Below are positions 9,822 to 18,457 of a DNA stretch of 21,972 bases, piece by piece. A model generated the notes under the pieces. The model made no database searches. It was not told the DNA's origin and saw nothing but the letters and a program-made list of their open reading frames with translations. Location: assembly GCA_963766075.1 (NCBI GenBank), contig CAVYAN010000099.1, forward strand, positions 1 through 21,972, read 5' to 3'. Source of the stretch: an uncultured cyanobacterium. Lineage in GTDB: Bacteria; Cyanobacteriota; Cyanobacteriia; Leptolyngbyales; Leptolyngbyaceae. Within the stretch, counting starts at the first letter, position 1. Each line of letters opens with the position of its first letter. Both the position numbers and the translations under genes were made by a program.

Positions 9822-12361
9822 TTAGGGTTTGGGTAGGACTGCGAGTTTGCGTGGGCTGTCTAGGATTGCCGAAGCTCGTGGTGTTTGGGTGATACGACTC
9901 TGTTGGTGGGATTCCCCAGGGGTAAGGGTGGAACGTAGGCCCTGGTCTATGCCGATTGGTCGTTCACTGGGGATCAAAATGCCAGCTTGAAAGGTGGTGC
10001 GGAATGCCGCTGAGAGATGATGGGCTCGGTGTAAACAGTCCACCAAAAAGACATTGGCCCAGTAGTAGGTTTCGAGCTGTTGGGTTTGGGTTGGGGTCAG
10101 TTGCCATCCGTAGCCTAGGTCATAGGTTTGCATGAGCTGCTGCTGTAATTGTTGCATCCAGAATAGGCCTTCGTTGTGGCACCAGGCTTCCAGGGACTCT
10201 GGCTGCTGGGCGATCGCCCGGAAAGAAGTGGTGGCCTGATGCCAAAGGGTGCGGACAGCGGCCTCTATCCCCACAGTAGTCCCGAGCGGGATTGCCCAGA
10301 TTTTTCGGGCTTGGAACGGGGTGGGATGGGCGAGGAACAGCTCAATTTGCTGGGTTAAGTGCAGCAGTTGGGCTTCCAGCTTTACCAGGGGAGATAGATT
10401 CTCGGTCACGTGATGATCTAGCTTGCTAGCGAGGTCTAGGCCCAAATTTTGGAGTGCACCGCAGTAGAAGGCCCGGAGGGCGCTCATGCCATGGTGGGAA
10501 TGGCCGATTTCAGATGCTTTGCGATCGAGCCATTGCAGCAGCGATCGCAACTCCCCGTCTGCCTCTAGAGATCGATCGAGTTGCTGCTTCAAGAGATCGA
10601 GGAGTAATTCACCATTGGGCAATAAATCAAGCGTGAGGAGAATCACGGGTTGCCAGCGCCGCTCAAAAAGATGGGTGGCTAGTGAATAGAGCGGGTGCTG
10701 GGTTTTCCAAATGCTGCTTTGGAGTTTTTGGATCAGCGAGGGCAATAGTTCCGGGTAGCGGGAGGTTGTTTTGTCTGTATCAGCCCGGTCCCACGGGCTA
10801 GGGTCGTTTGCGTCCGGGTCTGGGCCACAATGTGGCGAGCGGTCAGATATTCTGACAATGCCAAGTAGGCAAAGCAATAGACCTCGTGGGCTTGCTCCAC
10901 CAATAGCCCCGTATGCAGCGTCAGCATTTTGAAAATGGCGTCACTTTGAGTCCACAGGGCCTCACTGGTGAGGGGATGCTCAGCTCGTTGCTCTAAGTAA
11001 TTAGAAATTAGGGTGATAATGTCCGCTTTCTCAAAAAAATGTTGGTCGGCTTCCCAGTGGAGGCTGGCTATCTGGCTCAAGAAGGTGATGGCGTCTGGTA
11101 ACTCCAGGGAGACGGGCAGTGCCTCTCGCTGGATGCCGCGCAACTGGTCCCAGCGCCCCAACAGCAATTCCAAAATATTTTGATAGAGTCGCGATCGCCG
11201 TTGCGGGAACTCTTGCTGATCGCGAAACACCCAACAGAGGACGTGGAGGAGCAGGGGATTTCTGGCTAAGTCTTGCAGGCGTTGATTATCCGGTTGGGAA
11301 ATTTGGGCTAAAAAGTGCTGAGCGATCCGTTGGTCGGTGCCTTCGGAGTGGGGATAGAGGGCTGTAAAATATCGCTCGACAACAGTGGCGATTTGGCGAT
11401 CGCTGAGTTCGGCGATCGCCACTGTTGTGAATCCCTGATAGCACATCTCAGGGATACCAAAGCGGCTAGTCATAATGATACGCACGTTGGGATAGGTCTC
11501 GGCAAGGGTTTGCACGGCCCCATGGAGTGCATGGCGATCCGAACTGGAAATTTCATCCAGTCCATCCAGCAGCAGGACAAGCTTACCGGCACTTAAGATT
11601 TGTTGAAAGGATGCGAAGGAAATTCCGGCGGTGCCGCACTGTTGCCACAGCAGTGTTTCTAAAGGGTGCTCGGCCAGTTGGCTGAATGCTGAGCCCAACT
11701 GCCGTAATGCGATGAATAAAGGTGCCTGCTCGATCTCGTCCTGCTCGGTCAACTGCTGCCCAGCCAAAAATTGTAGCAGTGTGGTTTTGCCGGTTCCGGG
11801 CTGTCCGTAAATGAGTAAACGGGGGTGCTGGGCCAGAATGTCCTGGGCGGGTTGGGGGGGGCTGTGGGGTGGGAGGGGCTGCGCTTGATGCATTCGCTGG
11901 AGTTCTGCGGCTTCAATCCAGCGATACCGTGGGATTTCTGGTACCAATGAGCACGGTGTATACACCTGATCTAGACTGAGGGAAGTTTCGCCATTAAACA
12001 CGGGTTGGACGGTGCGGCAGGTGCGGGCTGTGCGATCGCGGAGTGTTTCCCGCAGGCGTTGCCAATCAGACTAGCCAATCTGGCTCCACTGCGGATGTTA
12101 GGGGCTGGCCGATGGGTTCATCCTCCAGGGCGTCCCAATTGGGCGATCGACAATTTCCTGCCAGTCTAAATCGAGCTGAAAGCAAATATCAATGAACAGA
12201 TGGCGCTCAATGGGGCGACCGGAAAAAAACTTCCAGATGGACTGCCGTGTTTGTAGTCCGACGGCACTCGCTAAATATTCCTGGGTCCAGTCACGCCGTT
12301 CAAACACCCGCTTTGCCTTGACAATACCTGTTTCGGAGGCTTTAAGTGATCGTTTTGCCAT
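9822..12361 (-). pseudogene. HTH-NACHT NTPase with C-terminal helical domain, disrupted by about three indels
   Basis: N-terminal HTH-like MAKRSLKAS..WTQEYLA, Walker A GQPGTGKTT, Walker B LLLDGLDE, NPLLL, F...SEYLTA. In-frame stops at 12098 and 12071 and a frame change near 10820. Confidence 0.8.
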
Positions 12362-12895
12362 CGGTTTTCTTTCAACGTTGTGATTGCGGATCTCTAGGGC
12401 TGCCTCGATCTGAAAACAGCTATGAGCGGTGAGGGTCTGTCCCTCTGCTCCATGAGTGGGGAGGGCGGATTTCACAAGGCGGGAAATTGCCTCTGGGGCA
12501 GAAGTTGGAATTCAGAAGTCAGCGGTCAGTTAGGGACTGAGTTCTGGCTTCTGATTCCTAAATCCTGTCCGACTAGGTCATTCCGGCTTAAATTCCAGGC
12601 TCTGGGGAGTGACTTTAAGAGTTGTGAGACTCCTATAGAACCTTGAGCCTATAGAGCCTTGGGAAAGGCGATGTCTGTCTAGCCAAATAGCAACCGGGAA
12701 CATTGGGAGGAGTTAGAGCCAACCGATGCTACAGACATCATGCCGAGGAAGACTGCACGAGTCATGCGAATTGGTTCTGCATACTTCACCTTTCAGCAAG
12801 GGAATGAAAAATCCGGACAAATAGGACAACAAAATGCAGAAAAATCAGTCTATTTTTTATTTTTATAAATTGAGAAATAGAATATTTTGATAAGT

Positions 12896-13008
12896 TTTAC
12901 TATCAGTAATATTAGGGTAATTACTGATAGTAAATTGCGGTAATTACTGATAGTAAATTGCGGTAATTACTGATAGTAAATTGCGGTAATTACTGATGGT
13001 AATTTTGC
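12896..13008. repeat. 23-bp tandem array GGTAATTACTGATAGTAAATTGC (3 perfect + 1 degenerate) preceded by a 15-bp inverted copy
   Basis: Units at 12916, 12939, 12962 and 12985. TTTACTATCAGTAAT (12896-12910) is the reverse complement of 12920-12934. Confidence 0.95.
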
Positions 13009-13425
13009 GGGTATTCTCCGTTGAATGCGGCTTAAGTGGGTGAGGATAGGGGACAATGAAAAGCTTAAAAATGCTGTTAATGAAAGATCCCCGGAAGGGC
13101 GCATCTAGAGCTTAGGGGGAGTGCCTTTGGATTGGCACGGTGACCGTGGGAAATAGGGCATCACAGCGTTCATTAGCCCTAAAAGATGATTGAAGCCGCA
13201 ATGTCGCCCAACACGGCCACTACTGGGCGATGCAGCAATTGTGGGAGGATTCACCCACCCGATTCAGGCGCTCGCCGAGACGGGTCAAACAGCCGTGCCA
13301 TTCAGATGGCTCTGGGCAAATTTGTGCAATCAGGGGTATCGTCATCGGTATCATGAGGCCGTTGTCCCCTGCTAGGGCAGTCACACTATGGGATTTCAGG
13401 CTTTTGATGGTCTGGGCTAGGGGAC

Positions 13426-14760
13426 TTACTTCGGTTCGACGATCGCCCCCATGAACAAGACTGTACCGGTTTGCCGATCGCGAATAGCGCAGAAAAACGG
13501 GCGATCGGCAACGAAATTAAACGGTGGGTCCACCGGCACCGATGTAGCCGTAATGCCGACGGCGGTGGTTGCTGCCGCTTCAGTTCCGACCTCATTCACC
13601 TCGACAAAGGTTTTGTGCTGGACCCGATCAATATGAGTAGACACTGGACTGAGATCCGCAAAATTGGCTTGGGCTTGATCAAATGCTACCCCCATGCCCA
13701 GGGCCGACAGAGCCTGATTCAGTTGCATGCTGTACTCCAGCTTGAAACGGGGAATTTGCACCGAGCCGGGACGGCTGCGGAACTGGGACAGCCAAGTTTT
13801 CCAGTTCTCTGGGTTGAGCGTCTTGTGGAAAGCGGCCAGACTGGATCCGGGCTTGGGCAAAAATAGATCCAGACTGAGGCGACGCTGTTGGCCATAGGGC
13901 AGACTGACCGCCTGGAAGGTGGAAGTTTCAAGATATTTATAGTCCCCTGATTGAGTCATCAGAGGATGATTTTTGACCTGTCCGTTGAGGAGATGGAAGG
14001 GTTTAGGGCTCGTTTGACTCGGATCAAAAGGGTGCGTCCACGTGCCGTTAAAGTAAATCGCATTCACCAGGACCAGGACATCATCCGGCGATAGGCGATC
14101 GATAATTTGGCTAATTTTGCCCTGCGTTTTCTCTTTGACCCAATTGTTAATCTGATTAGAGGCATCGGGATTAAGAAAGTCTAAATCAGTGACCTGCGCT
14201 CCGTAAAATTGGCGATTTTGGTTGATAAATGTGGGCTTAAATACCATGCCCTGTTTACCCCAAAGTGAATTAGCAATAGTGAGCTTCACCTGGGATTCAG
14301 GATTCTCTAGCAATGCTTTCAAGTCGGAGTTGGCCTGATTAACTTCGGCCAGCTTCAGACCTGATAAAGCTAAGGTTTTAGCCATGGCTTGCCGGGTGCT
14401 ACCACTGGCTCCGTTATAGGTCATAGCGAGGGCGATCGCCACGCTGGTCGGTGACACAAACACGTTCTGATCCGGCGTCTGCCCGACAATTTCCGCATAC
14501 AGCTTGAACCCAAACTGCGTATTTGCGGCCAGCAGTTTAGGATTGACGGGTCTAGGATTGGCGGATCCAGGATTAACGGATCTAGGATTAACGGGGTTCT
14601 GCGCCTGCACGGTAATCGCAGGCGGGGATGCTGGCCTGATCGCCTGATTCTCACTGTAGACCATTTGTCCACATCCTGTGATCGTCAGCATGATCCACCC
14701 GGCGATCGCCAGCACTCCGACTCGATAGTCCTGCGATCGCTTGCCCTTTATGTGCCACAT
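13426..14760 (-). CDS. Serpin (serine protease inhibitor), probable lipoprotein
   Basis: NVFVSPTS, NAIYFNGTW..PF, hinge EVNEVGTEAAATT, F.ADRPF, TGTVLFMG. Lipobox-like LTITGC. GGAGAAGG lies upstream of ATG 14760. Confidence 0.95.
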   Translation of the reverse strand: MWHIKGKRSQDYRVGVLAIAGWIMLTITGCGQMVYSENQAIRPASPPAITVQAQNPVNPRSVNPGSANPRPVNPKLLAANTQFGFKLYAEIVGQTPDQNVFVSPTSVAIALAMTYNGASGSTRQAMAKTLALSGLKLAEVNQANSDLKALLENPESQVKLTIANSLWGKQGMVFKPTFINQNRQFYGAQVTDLDFLNPDASNQINNWVKEKTQGKISQIIDRLSPDDVLVLVNAIYFNGTWTHPFDPSQTSPKPFHLLNGQVKNHPLMTQSGDYKYLETSTFQAVSLPYGQQRRLSLDLFLPKPGSSLAAFHKTLNPENWKTWLSQFRSRPGSVQIPRFKLEYSMQLNQALSALGMGVAFDQAQANFADLSPVSTHIDRVQHKTFVEVNEVGTEAAATTAVGITATSVPVDPPFNFVADRPFFCAIRDRQTGTVLFMGAIVEPK

Positions 14761-14918
14761 TATCCTTCTCCCTAACGCCAACCTTGATCACGTCAGCCTT
14801 GATCACGCTAACCTTCATGCGTCTTCTTCCCTAGCACACCTAAACTGGGGACGTTGCCTTCACAATAGCGCAACCCATGAGCCGATTGGGTACACCCGCG
14901 AGGATGCGAGCCGAAAAT

Positions 14919-14935
14919 CTGAGAAATTGCTGAGA
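14919..14935. promoter_or_regulatory. Direct repeat CTGAGA-N5-CTGAGA (11-bp period), candidate OmpR-family operator
   Basis: Lies in the divergent serpin/cluster intergenic region. An 11-bp period is typical of OmpR/PhoB-family boxes. Confidence 0.35.
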
Positions 14936-15123
14936 TTTGCCTAAGAGACGGGTTGGTCTAAATTCAGGGAATTACTAGTTTTGCCTCAGAAGTGCTTCAT
15001 GGCGAACTGGAATGCTATGACCAGTGAGACAAGTTTAGGGTTGTTCCGCAAACGAACTGGCTCAGAGACATTGCTCAGAAATTCGGTATTGCAGCTATTT
15101 AATCATTACGTCAGGAGTAACCC

Positions 15124-15495
15124 ATGAAATTCGCTTCTTTGCTAACAGGTATGGCCTTGGTTGGTTTGGTAACGGTAGGCGATGTTGCCGTTCAGGCAAT
15201 TCATCCTTCTGGGGTGGCGGTGGCCGCAGAGGCAAAACAAGCCGGTCCCAGTGTCAATGAAAAAATCGAGCTGATTAAGAAAAATAAAGGTCAGATTGGC
15301 AGCGGTGATCAGTTACGGCGCTTTTTCTATGGCGATTTGGAACCCTTGGGTGTGCAACCCGGCGGTGCCGGCATGGTGGTGAACCTGTACAACAAGACTA
15401 ATGATGTCACGTTTTCCTACTGCTCAACTTACGACGTCGTGGTGGCCGTCAAGAAGGGCCGTGTGGTTAAGTTCCCAGCGGCTGAAGTGAAGTAG
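15124..15495 (+). CDS. Secreted hypothetical protein
   Basis: AGGAG RBS, Sec-type signal peptide ending near AVA/AEA, and a small soluble domain with a single Cys. Confidence 0.8.
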   Translation: MKFASLLTGMALVGLVTVGDVAVQAIHPSGVAVAAEAKQAGPSVNEKIELIKKNKGQIGSGDQLRRFFYGDLEPLGVQPGGAGMVVNLYNKTNDVTFSYCSTYDVVVAVKKGRVVKFPAAEVK

Positions 15496-15577
15496 AACCT
15501 TTGTCCCCTATTGGCCCATCGAAGAGAGTCCCGTAAAGAGAGCCCATTAAAGAGAGCCCATTGAGGAGAGGTTGCGT

Positions 15578-16327
15578 ATGGAATTCAGGGATGTCATCTT
15601 GTTGCTGCATCCGGTCATCGCCGTAGTGGTGGTCTTTCCGTTAATTGGAATTGTGGTGAATCGTGCGTTGCAAACGCGCCAGCGGCGACTACAAACGGCG
15701 GTGGCGGGGAAAAGCAAGATTCCTGCGGCTGTCGGTCAAGAACATGTGCACCTAGGGCGTTGGCTCACCGGATCGGTAGTGGGAATTGTGCTTTTAGCAT
15801 TGGCTAACGATATATTTGGCCACATCCTCGACCAGAAGATTTGGCAACAGGATTCCTTCAAGGTCATTCTGATTGGGCTGCTCTTTGGGGTGGCGATCGC
15901 TGCTTTGGCTCTGCTCTATCGGGCTCAGGAGCGGCTCTGGCGGGGTGTGTTTGCCACCCTTGCAGGCATGAGTTTGGTGGTATTGGGTTGTCAGGATGGC
16001 ATCTATCGTAAAACGGACCAGTGGTATTTTTCCCACTACTATTACGGCATTACCGCAGCCTTGTTGATGATTTTCTCCCTGGCTATTTTGCGGGAGATTT
16101 ACCAGGACAGGACCCATCGGTGGCGCAACGTTCATATCATCCTGAATGCGATCGCCTTGCTGATCTTTGTCGGCCAAGGCTTTACCGGTGCCCAATCCCT
16201 CCTGGAAGTGCCTCTGGCATGGCAAGAACCCTACGTCCAAAAGCTCTATGAGCAACAGTGTGACAAGCAGTCCTGCACGGTGCAGGCTGCCCCTCGGGCG
16301 GTACCGGCACCTAAGACCTCTCCGTAA
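15578..16327 (+). CDS. DUF4079-like polytopic membrane protein
   Basis: About six hydrophobic segments with His in LLHP, QEHVHLG, SHYYYG and NVHIILN. GAGGAG RBS. Family recognised from memory. Confidence 0.75.
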   Translation: MEFRDVILLLHPVIAVVVVFPLIGIVVNRALQTRQRRLQTAVAGKSKIPAAVGQEHVHLGRWLTGSVVGIVLLALANDIFGHILDQKIWQQDSFKVILIGLLFGVAIAALALLYRAQERLWRGVFATLAGMSLVVLGCQDGIYRKTDQWYFSHYYYGITAALLMIFSLAILREIYQDRTHRWRNVHIILNAIALLIFVGQGFTGAQSLLEVPLAWQEPYVQKLYEQQCDKQSCTVQAAPRAVPAPKTSP

Positions 16328-16387
16328 TTGACCTTCCGCACTGCATCTCAACGCTATATTTCACCCCATTTAGAGGATCACAAATCA

Positions 16388-16762
16388 ATGAACTACAAAA
16401 TTCTGGGCTTAATTGTTGGCTTAGCTTTGACCGCTAGCCTCACCGCCTGCTCTAGCGAACCTTCCAGCACAAATCAGGCTGCTCCCAGTGCCACCCCTGC
16501 CGCTGATGCCATGAAGAAAGAGGGTGATGCCATGAAGGGTGACGCCATGAAGAAAGAGGGTGACGCCATGAAAAAAGAGGGCGATGCCATGAAGAAAGAT
16601 GGCGACGCCATGAAAGGCGATGCCATGAAGAAAGAGGGTGACGCCATGAAGGGTGACGCCATGAAGGGTGACGCCATGAAGAAAGAGGGTGACGCCATGA
16701 AGGGTGACGCCATGAAAAAAGAGGGCGATGCCATGAAACAGGACGCACCCAGTAAACCGTAG
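16388..16762 (+). CDS. Methionine-rich repeat lipoprotein (pentapeptide MXKDX / MrpX-like)
   Basis: GAGGA RBS, signal peptide with lipobox LTAC, and 13 DAMK units (7 DAMKK(E/D)G, 5 DAMKG, 1 DAMKQ). Confidence 0.92.
   Translation: MNYKILGLIVGLALTASLTACSSEPSSTNQAAPSATPAADAMKKEGDAMKGDAMKKEGDAMKKEGDAMKKDGDAMKGDAMKKEGDAMKGDAMKGDAMKKEGDAMKGDAMKKEGDAMKQDAPSKP
16505..16741 (+). repeat. Coding tandem array of mixed 15-nt and 21-nt units (GAYGCCATGAAR...)
   Basis: Read directly; encodes the DAMK repeats. Confidence 0.95.
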
Positions 16763-16892
16763 TGTCCAGCAAACCGGAGTACAAGGGACAGGGGGCGAAG
16801 GCATAAATCCGGGATAGTCAAGCCTGCTTGCCTCGCCGCCTGCCCTCTGCTCCTGCGACTACTCACTCTTCCTACAGGCGGAGACCAAGCAT

Positions 16893-17507
16893 ATGGCTCA
16901 TCTTTCATTACGGAGACGGCAGATCCTTTACTGGGGATTAGGCGTGGCGGGCGCGGGAACAGCCGTCGCACTGGGAAATCGTCTGAAACAGGAAACAGCG
17001 GGCTCTGCGATCGCCCCTGCTAGCCCCGCTCCTGCCCCTGCTAGCCCTACAGAACTTGCCACTGTCCCTCCGGTCGGCAAATCCCTCCCCGAGTTTCAGG
17101 GCATTAGCCAGTGGCTTAATTCTGCCCCGCTCACCGTGGCCGATTTGCGCGGTAGTGTGGTGCTCATCCAGTTCTGGACCTTTGCCTGCATCAATTGTCA
17201 GCGCACCTTGCCCTATATCGTGCAATGGCACCAGCGGTATGCGGCCCAGGGACTCAAGGTGATCGGTATCCACACGCCAGAGTTTGCCTTTGAGCGCGAT
17301 GTGAACACTATTAAACAGGCGTTGCAAAAGCACAACATTACCTATCCTGTGCCCGTCGATAGCGGCTTCCAAACCTGGCAGGCTTACCGTAACGAGTACT
17401 GGCCCCACCTATTTCTCGCCGATCGCCAGGGGGCCTTGCGCTATGACCACATCGGAGAAGGGGCCTATGAAACCACCGAGCAAACCATCCGCCAACTCTT
17501 GGGCTAG
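16893..17507 (+). CDS. DipZ/TlpA-type thioredoxin-fold protein with Tat signal
   Basis: RRRQIL plus hydrophobic segment, WLNS.PL, FWTFACINC (CxxC), GIHTPEF.FE, N.YWP, HIGEG.Y. Confidence 0.92.
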   Translation: MAHLSLRRRQILYWGLGVAGAGTAVALGNRLKQETAGSAIAPASPAPAPASPTELATVPPVGKSLPEFQGISQWLNSAPLTVADLRGSVVLIQFWTFACINCQRTLPYIVQWHQRYAAQGLKVIGIHTPEFAFERDVNTIKQALQKHNITYPVPVDSGFQTWQAYRNEYWPHLFLADRQGALRYDHIGEGAYETTEQTIRQLLG

Positions 17508-17522
17508 CAATTGGGGTAGAGT

Positions 17523-18233
17523 ATGACGGCAGCCGCGACGTTATCCACTGGGTTGGCTCTCCTCGGGGGCATTTTGACGGTGCTATCGCCCTGTGTCTTG
17601 CCGATTTTACCCATTCTCGTGGGGCGATCGCTGCAATCTCACCGCTATGGACCGGTCGTGCTGGTGACCGGATTAGTCGCGGGATTTGCGGTGGCTGGGA
17701 GTTTACTGGGCATCACCGCCAATGGACTGACGGGATTGGCGACGGTGCTGCGTCAGGGGGCGATCGTCTTGCTGCTGGGACTGGGCCTGCTAGCCATTTT
17801 TCCCTCCTGGGGGTATCGTCTATCTAGTGCGATTCCCATTGGCAAGCGGACCATCAAACCAGGAGCTAAAACCCCCGAGCGGGTCGGGCTGTGGGCCGAA
17901 TTCTGGCTCGGCACCCAACTGGGATTATTATGGACGCCTTGTGCGGGGCCGGTGCTGGGGGGAATTCTCGTCCTCGCGGCAGTCAACCATCAAGTAACCA
18001 GTGCCTTTGGCCTGTTGATCAGTTACGGCGTTGGCGCGGCGATGCCCCTGTTGGCGATTGCCTATGGTGGAAGGACTTTTAGCCGCCGATTACTGAAGCT
18101 ACGCTCCAAAAGTGCTGGATTACAGCGGGTCGGCGGTGTCTTAATTGCCAGCACAGCGATCGCAATTCTGTTAGGTTGGGATATACAGATCCAACTTTGG
18201 TTGGCTCCTCTGTTCCCCCGTCTACCGCTCTAG
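17523..18233 (+). CDS. ccdA: CcdA/DsbD-family transmembrane electron transporter
   Basis: Six TM segments with the catalytic Cys motifs LSPCVLPILP and WTPCAGP. Confidence 0.9.
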   Translation: MTAAATLSTGLALLGGILTVLSPCVLPILPILVGRSLQSHRYGPVVLVTGLVAGFAVAGSLLGITANGLTGLATVLRQGAIVLLLGLGLLAIFPSWGYRLSSAIPIGKRTIKPGAKTPERVGLWAEFWLGTQLGLLWTPCAGPVLGGILVLAAVNHQVTSAFGLLISYGVGAAMPLLAIAYGGRTFSRRLLKLRSKSAGLQRVGGVLIASTAIAILLGWDIQIQLWLAPLFPRLPL

Positions 18234-18383
18234 TGCTGCTCTAGCCTCAATGTTACTCCCAGTCGATGCCTCCAACTGCTCGCCAACTGCTCAATAGTCT
18301 GACTCCCTCGCCTCAGGGTCAAGTTGAGGGCAGGGTCAATCTGATTCTCATTGAGTTCACGTTCCTGAGTTATTTCATCCTTT

Positions 18384-18432
18384 CAGCCAGCCCATCTTCT
18401 TCAGCCAGCCCATCTTCTTCGGCCAGCCCATC
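18384..18432. repeat. 18-bp tandem repeat CAGCCAGCCCATCTTCTT (2 perfect + 1 partial) upstream of msrA
   Basis: Units at 18384, 18402 and 18420. Confidence 0.9.
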
Positions 18433-18457
18433 CCCTCAGTAAGGAATCTTTTTCACC

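Noticed and set aside
12679..12789. 36-aa minus-strand ORF MKYAEPIRMTRAVFLG…
   Set aside because: No clear RBS or recognisable motif.
12916..13008. CRISPR array
   Set aside because: Units are contiguous with no unique spacers, and there are no cas genes.
13186..13356. 56-aa plus-strand ORF containing CSNCGRIH
   Set aside because: Single CxxC, no RBS, and all three frames are partly open here; likely chance.
16421..16971. Antisense repeat ORFs (LHGVT, SWRHP, FFMASP)
   Set aside because: They are shadows of the DAMK array; only the + frame has an RBS, signal peptide and operon context.
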